Below, piece by piece: positions 25,844 through 36,109 of a DNA stretch of 64,000 nucleotides; within the stretch, counting starts at the first letter, position 1, and every line of letters starts with the position of its first letter. The notes under the pieces were generated by a model that was given only the letters and a program-made list of their open reading frames with translations, was not told the DNA's origin and searched no databases. Source of the stretch: Acidobacteriota bacterium. Its GTDB lineage: Bacteria; Acidobacteriota; UBA6911; RPQK01; JAJDTT01. Position numbers and translations under genes: made by a program. The stretch covers positions 5,504,001 to 5,568,000 of the forward strand of contig CBDCJH010000002.1 in assembly GCA_965217775.1 (NCBI GenBank). The letters run 5' to 3'.

Positions 25844-28336
25844 GTGGAGCAAAAAGAAAGTGAGAATTCCAATTTGACTTTAGGTGCTTTCCGCGCAGCG
25901 GCTCTTCTCGTCCTGATTTGCCTTTGGCATTCTCCCGTCTTCGGAGAGGACCGCGCCCGGCTCCTGAGGGAGCGCAGCGTCCAGGTCTTGCGTCAAGCGC
26001 TGGAAGACGAGACGGGATGGGTCCGCACTCGTGCCGCCGAAGCCCTGCTCTGGAACAACTACAGCGAAGGTGTGAAGGAGTTCTTCTCCACTGAGCAACC
26101 GGAATCCGCTTCGACTCATGAAATCGGCGTCTGGCAGATCCTGGCGCAGGCGACGCTCCGGAAGAGCCAACATGAGCTGGAGCGGCAGCAATACGTGGAC
26201 CGGATCTTCGAGGCCTTCCTGTCGAGTGAAGACGAACGAGGTGGCTGGGCCGCGGAGGCCTTGGCCAATCTGGGCTATGCAGACCGGCCGGCGGAGTTGC
26301 TGCGGCTGGCTACTGAGGGTGACGGCGTCCGCCAAGTAGACGCCCTCTGGCTGCTGTCCGCTTCCGGAACGGGCGAGTATCAAACCGAGTTGGCCTCCCG
26401 GCTGGAGTCCGGGGACCCGGCCGTCCGCGCTCGAACCGCCTACGCGCTCCGCCACCTGGAGAGCATCGATCCCGAGGACCGTGCCGGATTGGAGCGGGCT
26501 CTGTTCAGGGAAGCTGCCGATTCAAGCGTCCGGATCTACCTGCTGAGTGCGCTCTACGTGCACCGCGGTGAGGAAGTCGGTCCCCCGGTCCAGTTCGAAC
26601 TATTTTCCTACGTCACAGACGGGGACCGGGAACAACGGTTGGAAGCGGTCGAGGCCCTGGCTCAGGCCGGAGGCAGGGCTCAGGTCCCGCTGTTGGAGGC
26701 GCTCCTGGTCCGCCAGGGGACCGCACCCGAGATCCATGTCGCCGCCGCCAATGCGCTGCTCAGGATCGACCGGAGGGACTTCCGGGGCCTGGGGTGGTTG
26801 GACTGGCTCGTGGTCGCCGTCTACGGCGCCTTCATGCTGGGCGTGGGTTGGTACTACTCTCGCCGCCAGACCAACACCGAGGAGTATTTCCTGGGCAGCC
26901 GCAGCCTGGGTTCGTTCGTCATCGGGATTTCGCTCTACGCCACGCTGCTGAGCACGATTTCCTATCTGGCGGTTCCCGGGGAGCTGGTCAAGCATGGGCC
27001 GGGCATCCTGGTCTGGGGACTGTTGGGGACACCGCTGATCGTCGTCTGTTGCGGTTTCTTCCTCATACCCGTTTTCATGAAGCTCCCCATCACCAGCGCC
27101 TACGAGCTTCTGGAGGGCCGTCTGGGAATCGGGGTCCGGCTGACGGCGGCGGTGATCTTCATCCTGACGCGCCTGGTCTGGATGGCTCTGCTCATCTATC
27201 TGGCGGCCAAGGCCGTAGTGGTCATGGTGGGTTGGCCCGAGTCGACGACGCCGACGGTGGTGATGGTGGCCGGGGCGGTCGCGGTGCTCTACACCGCCCT
27301 CGGGGGTCTGCGGGCCGTCGTGATCACGGACGTCATTCAGTTCGTCATCCTCTTTGCCGGAGGCCTGATCACGATGGCGATGGTCACCATGGACATCGGT
27401 CTCGGGGGTTGGATCCCGACTTCCTGGGCGCCCCATTGGGACCAAGTCCCGGTTTTCGACTGGAACCCGGCCGTCCGAGTGACGGTGATCGGATCGATCC
27501 TCTCCGGGGCGGTGTGGACCATCTTCACCTACGGATCGGATCAGGTGGCCATTCAGCGTTACCTGGCGACGCGGGACACCAAGGCCGCCCGGCGCGCCCT
27601 GTACATCAACATCGGAGCCGGCGTCGCCGTCTCCGTGCTGCTCGCGGGGCTGGGCTTCTCGGTCCTGGGTTTCTTCCAGACCCATCCCCACGCCATCGCC
27701 GACGGCAAGGACCTGCTGGCGGACGCCGATTTTCTGTTTCCCCACTTCATCGCCAACTATCTGCCGCACGGGCTGGCCGGCCTGGTCATCGCGGCCATGT
27801 TCGCCGCCGCCATGTCGAGCCTCGACTCGGGCATCAATTCCATCGTGACCGTGTTCCACGTCGATTTCCTGGGCCGTTTCCGCCGCCGGAAACTGCGGAA
27901 GGAACACAGCATCAAACTGGCCCGGGCGCTGGTGCTGGGCATCGGCATCGCCGTGGTTCTGCTCAGTGCGCCGGTGGGCAACGTCCCCGGCAACATCACC
28001 GAGGTGACCAACAAGACCAACGGGCTATTCGTCGCTCCCCTGTTCGGGCTCTTCTTCATGTGCCTCTTCGTGCCGTTCTCGACGCCGTTCGGAGCGATCG
28101 TGGGGGCCGTCTACGGTTTTTCCTTTGCCTTCCTGTGGGCTTTCTGGGACATCTTGACCGGCGGCCCGAGTCTCAGCTTTCAATGGATCTATCTGCTTCC
28201 ATTCCTGGTCCACGTGCTGGTGGGTTCGGCCGCGAGTCTGTTGCCAATGCAAGGCCGATCCTGGCGGTTCCTCCTTCTTTGCAGCCTCGCCGCCGGGGTT
28301 CCCATAGCGGTCGTCTTCCTGCTGCTGAGTTCGTGA
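25844..28336 (+). CDS. HEAT-repeat domain fused to a sodium:solute symporter (SSS; SiaT-like)
   Basis: Signal peptide, helical repeats (WVRTRAAEAL, AVRARTAYAL, QRLEAVEALA, HVAAANAL), then SSS motifs EEYFLGSR, STISYLAVPG, SAYELLE.R, GGLRAVVITD, DQVAIQRYL, AAAMSSLDSGINS. Confidence 0.85.
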   Translation: MEQKESENSNLTLGAFRAAALLVLICLWHSPVFGEDRARLLRERSVQVLRQALEDETGWVRTRAAEALLWNNYSEGVKEFFSTEQPESASTHEIGVWQILAQATLRKSQHELERQQYVDRIFEAFLSSEDERGGWAAEALANLGYADRPAELLRLATEGDGVRQVDALWLLSASGTGEYQTELASRLESGDPAVRARTAYALRHLESIDPEDRAGLERALFREAADSSVRIYLLSALYVHRGEEVGPPVQFELFSYVTDGDREQRLEAVEALAQAGGRAQVPLLEALLVRQGTAPEIHVAAANALLRIDRRDFRGLGWLDWLVVAVYGAFMLGVGWYYSRRQTNTEEYFLGSRSLGSFVIGISLYATLLSTISYLAVPGELVKHGPGILVWGLLGTPLIVVCCGFFLIPVFMKLPITSAYELLEGRLGIGVRLTAAVIFILTRLVWMALLIYLAAKAVVVMVGWPESTTPTVVMVAGAVAVLYTALGGLRAVVITDVIQFVILFAGGLITMAMVTMDIGLGGWIPTSWAPHWDQVPVFDWNPAVRVTVIGSILSGAVWTIFTYGSDQVAIQRYLATRDTKAARRALYINIGAGVAVSVLLAGLGFSVLGFFQTHPHAIADGKDLLADADFLFPHFIANYLPHGLAGLVIAAMFAAAMSSLDSGINSIVTVFHVDFLGRFRRRKLRKEHSIKLARALVLGIGIAVVLLSAPVGNVPGNITEVTNKTNGLFVAPLFGLFFMCLFVPFSTPFGAIVGAVYGFSFAFLWAFWDILTGGPSLSFQWIYLLPFLVHVLVGSAASLLPMQGRSWRFLLLCSLAAGVPIAVVFLLLSS

Positions 28337-28339
28337 CCT

Positions 28340-28465
28340 GGAGCGGCGGCTTTCTTGCCGCCGTAAGGGAACTTCGGATTTCCAGCCGCCGAGCTCCCAA
28401 GTGGGCAATGGGGCAGGAGAGCATCCGGGGAATGGGGGAGTGGGCGACTGGTGAGTCGCCCCTCC
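28340..28465. repeat. GGAG-headed REP-like cluster between convergent genes
   Basis: ggagcggcggctttcttgccgccg ... gggcgactggtgagtcgcccctcc (inverted copy). Confidence 0.65.
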
Positions 28466-28472
28466 GGCGCCC

Positions 28473-31244
28473 CTACTTGGAGTTCAGCTCGATGCTCACC
28501 CGGTCCAGGATCGGGTAGCTGTCTCCATTGCCGGACTCGAAAACGGCCTGGTACTGCAGGACGCGGTCGCTGCTCTCCAGGGGAAAACGGTCCCCGTTCA
28601 CTTGGCGCCAGGGTTTTTGCTCCAGTCCGGACGGTATGGCGCCCGAACGGATGCGGAAGCTCAGCCGGCTGTGGGTGGACGTTTCCGCCTTGGCCTGCAG
28701 CCGGCCGCCGCTGCGGGCACCGTCCCAGTGAAACAGGGAGGAATCGTAGGTCTGGCGCCAGCTCCGATCGTAGATGTGCCCGACGTCGGCCAGATAGATG
28801 GTGTGTCCCCCCAGGGTGGGAAGCCCCACCGTCCTGGGGGCGGTAAAGCGCTTTCCATCGTTGTAGAACACCTTCGAGTCAATGCGGTGGTCCCCGTGGC
28901 GGGTATGGCAGACGACCGCCAGGTCGAGAAGACCGTCCTGATCGAAATCTCCCGCCATGGCGTCGCTGGCGCTGTCGCATACGAGCCGGGTCTTGTTCTC
29001 GGGGCGCAGGCCGTCCCGGCTTCCCCAGAACAGGTAGGAGGGCATGGACTCCCGGACGCCGGTTCCGTGATAGGAGGGGGCGAACAGGTCCAGGAAGCCG
29101 TCCCGGTCGAAGTCGGCCACCAACGGGGCCAATTGCCCCATGCCGGGCAGCCACTGGGTGTTCCAGGGAGTGAAGCCCTCTACCGATCCCCAGAAGACGA
29201 AGAGTCCGACGTCGAAGGTACGGGTGGTGGGATCGGCGTAGCCGCCCACGATCAAATCCAGGTGTCCATCGGCGTTGAGGTCGGCCGTTTCCTGGTTGGC
29301 CGCCCAGGGCACGTATCCTATGGGTTCCAGTTCGCGGCCCGGTCCCTCCGGGCCGCCCCAGAGGATCCCCACCGCTCCGTTCGGCGAGCTACCGGACAGG
29401 TCCAACCAGCCGTCCCGGTTGAAGTCGGCCACGGTCAGCACCGAGGGTAGAACCAGGCGCCGGCTCCGGTGGAACCCAGTCTCCGATCCGTAGTAAAGGA
29501 CGGTTTGGGCCGGATCGAAACCGTTCAGGATCAGGTCCAGGTAACCATCGCGGTCCAAGTCGGCGACGTTGCCGGAAGAGAGGTGATTCTCCGAGAGGAT
29601 GGTTCGGTGTCCGTCCAGGTCGAACCCCCGGGACGTGCCCCAGAGAATGTGGGCTCCCACGTCGGGGTCCGCCTGCCCGCCGTGCCCGGAGTTCATGGCC
29701 ACCAGATCGGTGATGCCGTCGGCGTTCAGGTCGGCACCGACGGCGCCGTAGCCGCCGCTGAAGGGGATGACCCAGCGATGGTCCGGGTCGAAGCCCTCCT
29801 TGCCGCCCCAGTAGACGTAGAGGGGAACCCTCTCGTTCAGAGTGCCGCCCTGGCTGTTGCAGACGACGACCCGGGCCGGCAAGTCTTCCTCCGCCGGGGC
29901 CACCAGCACGTCTGCGGCTCCGGAGGAGGGGATACCGCGGCTTGCCCGACGGAAGGAGCGGTCACCGTGTCCGAAAAAGACGGCGGACTCCGCGGCGAAG
30001 TTTGACGTCCCCTGGTAGACGGCCGCCACCAGATCGGACCTCCCATCGCCGTCCAGATCGCCGATAGCCGAGGCCGAAGGGTGATCTACCTCTAGATTGA
30101 GCGAGTGCGCGGAATCGTACTTTCCCGCCTCCCCCCAGAGGATGCGGATCCCTCCTGGACGGTCGGCGGCACCCCGCTCGCCGCCCGAAGCATGCCGGAT
30201 CCCGAACTCCGTCAACGCCAGGTCGGCGTGTCCATCGCCGTCCAGATCGCCGATGGAGATGTGGGAAGCCGGCGCGGCTTGCCCCCGGACCGGATGGCTC
30301 CAGTTTCGGTGGGCGCCGGCGTTGACGGTGAAGAGGATCTCGTGGGAGGTTCCCGCCACCAGGTCGGTGAGTCCGTCCCCATCGATATCCCCGGCCGCCA
30401 AGCAGCCGGCCGCCGGGCCAGAGAGAGGGATGCGAGTGGAGTTCAGGCCCACGGGCACGGTGGACGGCTCAGAAGACGCCCAGAAGATCCGGATCTCGTT
30501 TTCGGCGGTCAGCACCGCGATGTCCCGGGTTCCGTCAGCGTCGAAGTCGGCCGCCTTCATGTCGACCGACATGGGGAGTTCCTGGATTTGACGCCGGCCC
30601 AGATAAAAACCCAGTCGACCGCCCCAGAACACCTTCATCACCATGCTCTCGACCGGTTTCCCGCCCGGCTGCCTCCGGGGCGCCTGGGCCAGGACCACGA
30701 TGTCGGGCCACCCGTCGCGGTTCAGATCGGCGATGGCCACGGCTCGCGGGTCCCACGCCGGCAGGACGCCGCTGATCCGGTTGGAGCTCCAGCCTTCCGC
30801 GGCCCCCCAGGCGATGGAGATGAATCTACGGGGGTGTTGAATGCCGTCGGGGTTGGGACAGAAGACCAGGTCGGTGAAACCGTCCCGGTTCAGGTCTCCC
30901 GCAACCGCCCCGAGACTCCCCAGAACCGCCAGCGAAGAGTGGGTGAGCGTCCGGGCGGCGTCGAAGCCGGCCCAGGTCGCATCGACGTAGGTGATGCTGT
31001 CATGCGTATTGTTGAAGATCAGATCCAGGTAGCCGTCCTGATTCAGATCGAAGCGATGGACGGTGCGCACGGTTCCGTTGCGAGACACGTAGAGGTTCTG
31101 GCCGGAAGCGTCCAGCCGCCCGTCGGCAAAGTCCTCGAAGCTGTCTTCGTTCCAGCTCTGGGCCCTCGTCGCAGGGAAACCCGCGCCCAACCAGAGGGCC
31201 AGTAGAAAGAAGATCAGGGAAGTCCTGTGACCTGAAATCGGCAT
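28473..31244 (-). CDS. Large exported FG-GAP/VCBS-repeat protein
   Basis: More than ten DLN.DG..DL motifs with .WG/YWG strands; signal peptide ending TRA; GGAG RBS fits ATG 31244. Confidence 0.8.
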   Translation of the reverse strand: MPISGHRTSLIFFLLALWLGAGFPATRAQSWNEDSFEDFADGRLDASGQNLYVSRNGTVRTVHRFDLNQDGYLDLIFNNTHDSITYVDATWAGFDAARTLTHSSLAVLGSLGAVAGDLNRDGFTDLVFCPNPDGIQHPRRFISIAWGAAEGWSSNRISGVLPAWDPRAVAIADLNRDGWPDIVVLAQAPRRQPGGKPVESMVMKVFWGGRLGFYLGRRQIQELPMSVDMKAADFDADGTRDIAVLTAENEIRIFWASSEPSTVPVGLNSTRIPLSGPAAGCLAAGDIDGDGLTDLVAGTSHEILFTVNAGAHRNWSHPVRGQAAPASHISIGDLDGDGHADLALTEFGIRHASGGERGAADRPGGIRILWGEAGKYDSAHSLNLEVDHPSASAIGDLDGDGRSDLVAAVYQGTSNFAAESAVFFGHGDRSFRRASRGIPSSGAADVLVAPAEEDLPARVVVCNSQGGTLNERVPLYVYWGGKEGFDPDHRWVIPFSGGYGAVGADLNADGITDLVAMNSGHGGQADPDVGAHILWGTSRGFDLDGHRTILSENHLSSGNVADLDRDGYLDLILNGFDPAQTVLYYGSETGFHRSRRLVLPSVLTVADFNRDGWLDLSGSSPNGAVGILWGGPEGPGRELEPIGYVPWAANQETADLNADGHLDLIVGGYADPTTRTFDVGLFVFWGSVEGFTPWNTQWLPGMGQLAPLVADFDRDGFLDLFAPSYHGTGVRESMPSYLFWGSRDGLRPENKTRLVCDSASDAMAGDFDQDGLLDLAVVCHTRHGDHRIDSKVFYNDGKRFTAPRTVGLPTLGGHTIYLADVGHIYDRSWRQTYDSSLFHWDGARSGGRLQAKAETSTHSRLSFRIRSGAIPSGLEQKPWRQVNGDRFPLESSDRVLQYQAVFESGNGDSYPILDRVSIELNSK

Positions 31245-31376
31245 TGTCAATCTCCTATCCCCAGTCGGATCCGGTTCGCGCGGAAGATTTCGCCTCGACG
31301 GACGAGGGCGCAGTGCCCTTCCGCCGGGCCTCGACCGAGGGGAACAACCCGCCGGGGAGCCAAGGTCCGGCAGTCC

Positions 31377-32153
31377 CTACTCCGGGAGGGGCAGCTTGCT
31401 CATCATTCCGCCGTCGACGTTGATGGCGGTCCCCGTGACGTATGCGGAGAGAGGGGAGGCCAGAAACAGGGCCACGTTGGCGATGTCCTCCGGCAGGCCC
31501 ACCCGCCCCAGGGGAAGGGAGGCCACCAGCCTCTCCATGTAGGCGTCCCGGTCCGCCGTGCTGGTGAAGGATCGGTCCAGCATGGGGGTCTGGATGCAAC
31601 CGGGACAGATGGTGTTGACCCGGATGTTGTACTGGCCCAGGTCTCGGGCCATGTCCCGCGTCATGGCCAGGATGCCCCCCTTGGCGGCGGCGTAGGGTGC
31701 GATCCGTCCGGTCGTGGCCAGGGCCTGTACCGAGGCGGTGTTGACGATGCTGCCGCCCCCGTTCCGGATCATGGAGGGAATGGCCCTCCGGCTGCAGAAG
31801 AACACACTCTTCAGGTTGACGGCGATCTGGCGGTCGAACTCCTGGTCCGTAAACTCCAGGAATTCCTGGTAGTGCTCGATGCCGGCGACGTTCACCAGGA
31901 CGTCGACGGTCCCGAAGTCGGCCAGGATCTTTTCGAAAGCGGCATCGGTGCTGCTGGCGTCGCCGACGTCGGCCTGCACCGCCAGCGCTACTCCACCGCT
32001 CCCCCGGATCTCCCGGGCCGTCTCCCGGACCGTGTCGAAATTGATGTCGACGGCCGCCACCCTGGCGCCGTGCCCGGCGAACTTCAGGGCGACCCCCCGG
32101 CCGATGCCGGCTCCGGCCCCGGTGACGACTGCCGTCTTGCCGCTCATGTCCAT
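31377..32153 (-). CDS. Short-chain dehydrogenase/reductase (SDR)
   Basis: TGAGAGIG, LVNVAG, YAAAK catalytic motif, NTICPG, VDGG. Confidence 0.92.
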   Translation of the reverse strand: MDMSGKTAVVTGAGAGIGRGVALKFAGHGARVAAVDINFDTVRETAREIRGSGGVALAVQADVGDASSTDAAFEKILADFGTVDVLVNVAGIEHYQEFLEFTDQEFDRQIAVNLKSVFFCSRRAIPSMIRNGGGSIVNTASVQALATTGRIAPYAAAKGGILAMTRDMARDLGQYNIRVNTICPGCIQTPMLDRSFTSTADRDAYMERLVASLPLGRVGLPEDIANVALFLASPLSAYVTGTAINVDGGMMSKLPLPE

Positions 32154-32606
32154 TTGATTCGTCCTCCCTCCCCGTGAGATTCAGTTCCCTCCACGAGTCC
32201 TGGAAACGCCCCGGCAGGTCCGCCGGGCGGGAAACGAAGTGTTCCTGGGTTCTGGTTTCAGCGATGCTACTCGGCGAACGGTTCTGAGTCCATTTCCCGC
32301 AACTGGTACGTCGGCGGGTGTTCTCCCTCACCTGAATGATGGTGCAAAAATAACTCTTGAGTAATTCTTGACCATGTTGGATCGCGCATGGTAAAAATAC
32401 TGCCAGCGTGTGGGCCCGTATCCCAGGGGGCTCGATATCCTTTTTTTCCTGGCGGAGATAAACCAGGAAGCGATTTGCTAGGATCTGTCCCAATTAGAAA
32501 ATCTCTGGCTGATCCAGTATGTCGGCGGGATTTTGACTCCAATACCACTGAGTGCATTCCCAGGCGCTCCCTTCAATCCGTTTTTCTTCTGAAATAAGGA
32601 GAGGTC

Positions 32607-35600
32607 ATGATTAACAAGCGAATTCTCTGGGTTCTGCTGGCTCCGGCGCTGTGCGCGCTCCTGCTCACGCCGGTGCAGGCACAGACCACCGCCGCTACCG
32701 TGCTGGGCACCGTCACCGACGCCGCCGGGGCGATCGTTCCAGGTGTGACGGTGACGCTCACAAACCAGGACACGGGGTTCATCCGCGAGACCATCAGCGA
32801 TGATCGCGGCGATTTCGAGTTCGCCGTGGTGCAGGCTCCGAACACCTACACCCTCAGCGCGGAGCTGCCCGGCTTCAAGAAGTACGTCAATATTGACAAC
32901 TATCTGGCCACCCGGGTCATCCAGCGGTTCGACGTCAAACTGCAAGTGGGCGAGGTGGCCGAGCAGGTGACCGTGCAGAGCGAGGTTCCGGTGATCAACA
33001 CCGACACGCCCCAATGGAGCGAGACCCGGACCGACCGGCTCATCAACGCGGGACCGCGCGGGACCATGGTCATGGGTCGTTTCGGCCACAGCACCCGGCC
33101 CCTGAGCCTGGCCTTCATCAACGCCGACGTGGCCGACAGCTACAAGAGCAACGGCTCGCGAACCAGCATGACCCAGACTTCGGTGGACGGGACTCCCATG
33201 AACGGCGAGCAGGTGGGGCCTCCCTTCTCGGCCATCGCCGAGGAGAAGACGGTTGCCTTGAACGCCGCCGCCGAATTCCGGCACCCGCTGACCGTCGACG
33301 CCGTCACCAAGCGCGGTGAGAACCGGCCCCACGGCATGTTCACGCTGAACATGCGCCACCCCCGGCTGGCTGCCCTCTGGCCCGGACCTCCCGGTGCGAG
33401 GCGGAATCCGGACGCGGTGTGGGCATTTCGATACAATTTCACCGGGGGCGGTCCCATCTACATTCCGAAAATCTACGATGGACGGGACAAGAGTTGGCTC
33501 TTCATTTCATTCGAGCAGAATCCGCCCACCAACATCACCTTCGGGCAGGGAACCTGGCTCAACACCCCCACCCAGGCCATGCGCAGGGGCGACCTTTCCG
33601 CGTATCTGGCCAAGACCCGGCCCCAATTGGGGGAATTGAAGGATCCCCTCACCGGGGAGACCTTCGCCGGGAACATCATTCCCCGCTCCCGTTGGAACCC
33701 CGTCGCCATCAACATGATCGACAACTGGCTCCTGGAGCCCACCGGATCCAACCTCGGCGACCCCGACATCCCGGAGCAGAATTTGCAGTATATCGGAAGC
33801 CAGCAGGGGGCCAACAAGCAGTGGGTCTATCGCTTCGACCAGAGCATCCTCAACCGGAACACCTTCGGCATCATGCACACCCAGAGGGACTTCTGGGAAA
33901 CCTGCCATTGCGGGGGTTCCACCTTTTTCGGCCAACGCCATCCCGCCACCGGACAGGACTGGTTCGGCAACCTGAATGACATCGTGAACGTCTTCGATAC
34001 CCACATCTTCACTCCCGGTCTCATCAACGAGTTCCGGTTCGGCCTGTTCCGCCGCGATGCGTACAGCAGAACCGAGCATCCCGCTTCCCTCTTCATCGAC
34101 TCGCTGGGGATCGACCTGGGCGACGACGCCGCTACCCGCAAGTCGTTCAACACGCTCCCCTACATCAGGGTCGACGGTATTCACACCATCGGCACCCGGT
34201 TCGGCGCCACCAACGAGACGGTGAGCAACAACTACAGTATCCGCAACAACCTCAGCTATCGCACCGGAATCCACAGTTGGAAGCTGGGCTATGACCACGC
34301 CATCCGGCAAATCTCCGACCTCCGGGCCCTCAGGTCGGTGGCGGGCGACTGGAATCACACCGGATTCTTTACCGGCGACCCCTTCGCCGACTTCCTGCTG
34401 GGACTTCCCACCCAGACCGGGCGCCACACCCCACGGCCGGCCGTGGAGGGGCGCTACAGCGAGTTCGGGATGTTCGTCCAGGACGACGTTCAGGTCAGCT
34501 CCAGGTTGAAGCTGAACATCGGGTTCCGCTACGACCGGATCTCCCCGCGCAGGGACGTCAACGGGGCTTGGTACAACTTCAACATGGCCACCGGCGCCCT
34601 GGTGGTGCCGGAAGCCGGACGGGGTTTGATCGCCCCCGCCTTCCATCCCGCCATCCCCATCGAGACGGCGGACGAGGCCCGCTTTCCCAGCCATCTGATC
34701 AATTCGTTGACCAAGTGGTCGCCGCGTCTGGGCTTTGCCTACCGGCTCGACGACAAGACCGTCCTGCGGGTCGGTTACGGCATGTTCATGCACGACGCCG
34801 GGAGCACCAACAACTACTTCGCGACGCTGCTCACGGGCGGGCCTTTCGCTCTGGACGAGACCTTTCGGAATACCATCACCGACGGCGTCCCCCTGGTCAC
34901 CACCGACCGGCCCTTTCCCCGGGCGACCGTCGGAGGCTCGGCTCCGGCCACCTTCAACATCCAGGGCGTGAACCCCGAGATCAAGGAGCCCTACCTGCAG
35001 CAGTGGAACCTGACCTTGGAGCGGCAGTTGGGACGCGAAACCTCCTTCCGCTTCGCCTACGTCGGCTCCTCGGCTACGAGCCTCTGGTACTCCAGGGACG
35101 TCAACATTCCTCCGGCGAGTCTGACTCCCTTTACCGAAGAGCGGCTCAACTACCCCCACAACCCGGGTTTTGACGACATCATCTACCTGGACAGCGGCGG
35201 CCACATGAGCCATCACCAGTTCCAGTGGCAGTTCACTCGGCGCATGTCCCGGACTCCTATCGGCGGGCTCATGTTCGACGGAATATTCCAGTGGCTCAAA
35301 GAGATCGAGGACGTGGACGACACTACGGCGTTCGCGTCCGCCTACGGGCGGGGCATAGCGCCGCGCCTCGGAGGCTATGCCGGGATCGAGGATCCCTACG
35401 ACCGGAACCGGGATCGGGCCGACGCCTATCTGAACCCGGCCTCAATCCGCATCAACTTCATCTGGGAGCTCCCGTGGGGTCCGGATCAGCCTTACCTGTC
35501 GCACCTGAGGAAAGGCTCGATCCTGAGCGCCCTGGTGGGTGGCTGGGAATTCGCGGGCATCTTCGATGCCGGTACTGGACGTCCTTACCACCAGTACTAC

Positions 35601-36026
35601 AGCGGTTTCGATCCCACCAACACCGGCCGCTTCAGCGGCCGGGCCAGCATGTCCAAGGCTGGCTGCAACCCGCAGATCCGCCCCCACAGCTATACGCGGC
35701 CGACGACCGTCGACATCAACTGCTTCAAGGTCCCGGATCCGGGCACCTACGGTACGACTCCGCGCGACGCCGTGAGCCGGCTGGCGGGCTGGGCCTTTGA
35801 CGCGACGTTCTACAAATTCCTCCCCATCCGGATGCTCCATGAAGACATTAGAGCCCGGCTCTCCGTGACCTTCGTCAACCCATTCCACCACGTGGTGGCG
35901 TCGAGAGACCGCGGCCTCTACGTCAACAGGCCGGCTCGCTTCGGAATCCCTTCACGGGGCGGAGGCCTGCTGCGGTTCGGGTCGGCTCCCCGTAGCGCCA
36001 ACTTCCAGTTCCAGATCGTCTGGTAG
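32607..36026 (+). CDS. TonB-dependent receptor (Oar-like, with N-terminal carboxypeptidase-regulatory-like domain)
   Basis: Signal peptide; GTVTDAAGAIVPGVTVTLTN; GGGPIYIPKIYDGRDKSW; FVQDD.QVS.RLKLNIGFRYD; SPRLGFAY; QQWNLTLERQL; C-terminal beta-signal FQFQIVW. Confidence 0.9.
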   Translation: MINKRILWVLLAPALCALLLTPVQAQTTAATVLGTVTDAAGAIVPGVTVTLTNQDTGFIRETISDDRGDFEFAVVQAPNTYTLSAELPGFKKYVNIDNYLATRVIQRFDVKLQVGEVAEQVTVQSEVPVINTDTPQWSETRTDRLINAGPRGTMVMGRFGHSTRPLSLAFINADVADSYKSNGSRTSMTQTSVDGTPMNGEQVGPPFSAIAEEKTVALNAAAEFRHPLTVDAVTKRGENRPHGMFTLNMRHPRLAALWPGPPGARRNPDAVWAFRYNFTGGGPIYIPKIYDGRDKSWLFISFEQNPPTNITFGQGTWLNTPTQAMRRGDLSAYLAKTRPQLGELKDPLTGETFAGNIIPRSRWNPVAINMIDNWLLEPTGSNLGDPDIPEQNLQYIGSQQGANKQWVYRFDQSILNRNTFGIMHTQRDFWETCHCGGSTFFGQRHPATGQDWFGNLNDIVNVFDTHIFTPGLINEFRFGLFRRDAYSRTEHPASLFIDSLGIDLGDDAATRKSFNTLPYIRVDGIHTIGTRFGATNETVSNNYSIRNNLSYRTGIHSWKLGYDHAIRQISDLRALRSVAGDWNHTGFFTGDPFADFLLGLPTQTGRHTPRPAVEGRYSEFGMFVQDDVQVSSRLKLNIGFRYDRISPRRDVNGAWYNFNMATGALVVPEAGRGLIAPAFHPAIPIETADEARFPSHLINSLTKWSPRLGFAYRLDDKTVLRVGYGMFMHDAGSTNNYFATLLTGGPFALDETFRNTITDGVPLVTTDRPFPRATVGGSAPATFNIQGVNPEIKEPYLQQWNLTLERQLGRETSFRFAYVGSSATSLWYSRDVNIPPASLTPFTEERLNYPHNPGFDDIIYLDSGGHMSHHQFQWQFTRRMSRTPIGGLMFDGIFQWLKEIEDVDDTTAFASAYGRGIAPRLGGYAGIEDPYDRNRDRADAYLNPASIRINFIWELPWGPDQPYLSHLRKGSILSALVGGWEFAGIFDAGTGRPYHQYYSGFDPTNTGRFSGRASMSKAGCNPQIRPHSYTRPTTVDINCFKVPDPGTYGTTPRDAVSRLAGWAFDATFYKFLPIRMLHEDIRARLSVTFVNPFHHVVASRDRGLYVNRPARFGIPSRGGGLLRFGSAPRSANFQFQIVW

Positions 36027-36058
36027 GGGGTCCCAAGCCAAGAAAGGTTGATTTGACA

Positions 36059-36096
36059 GGGGGGAAGGGAAGCAGTTCCCTTCCCCCCATTTTGTT
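36059..36096 (+). terminator. Rho-independent terminator-like hairpin after the TonB receptor
   Basis: Perfect 13-bp stem GGGGGGAAGGGAA-gcag-TTCCCTTCCCCCC followed by ATTTTGTT. Confidence 0.65.
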
Positions 36097-36109
36097 ACGA
36101 GGTGCGGAT

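Noticed and set aside
32285-32320. cccgcaactgg resembling a cobalamin riboswitch core upstream of the TonB receptor
   Set aside because: The other conserved elements (GGGAA-x-GGTG stem, B12 box) are not recognisable; an Rfam scan would settle it
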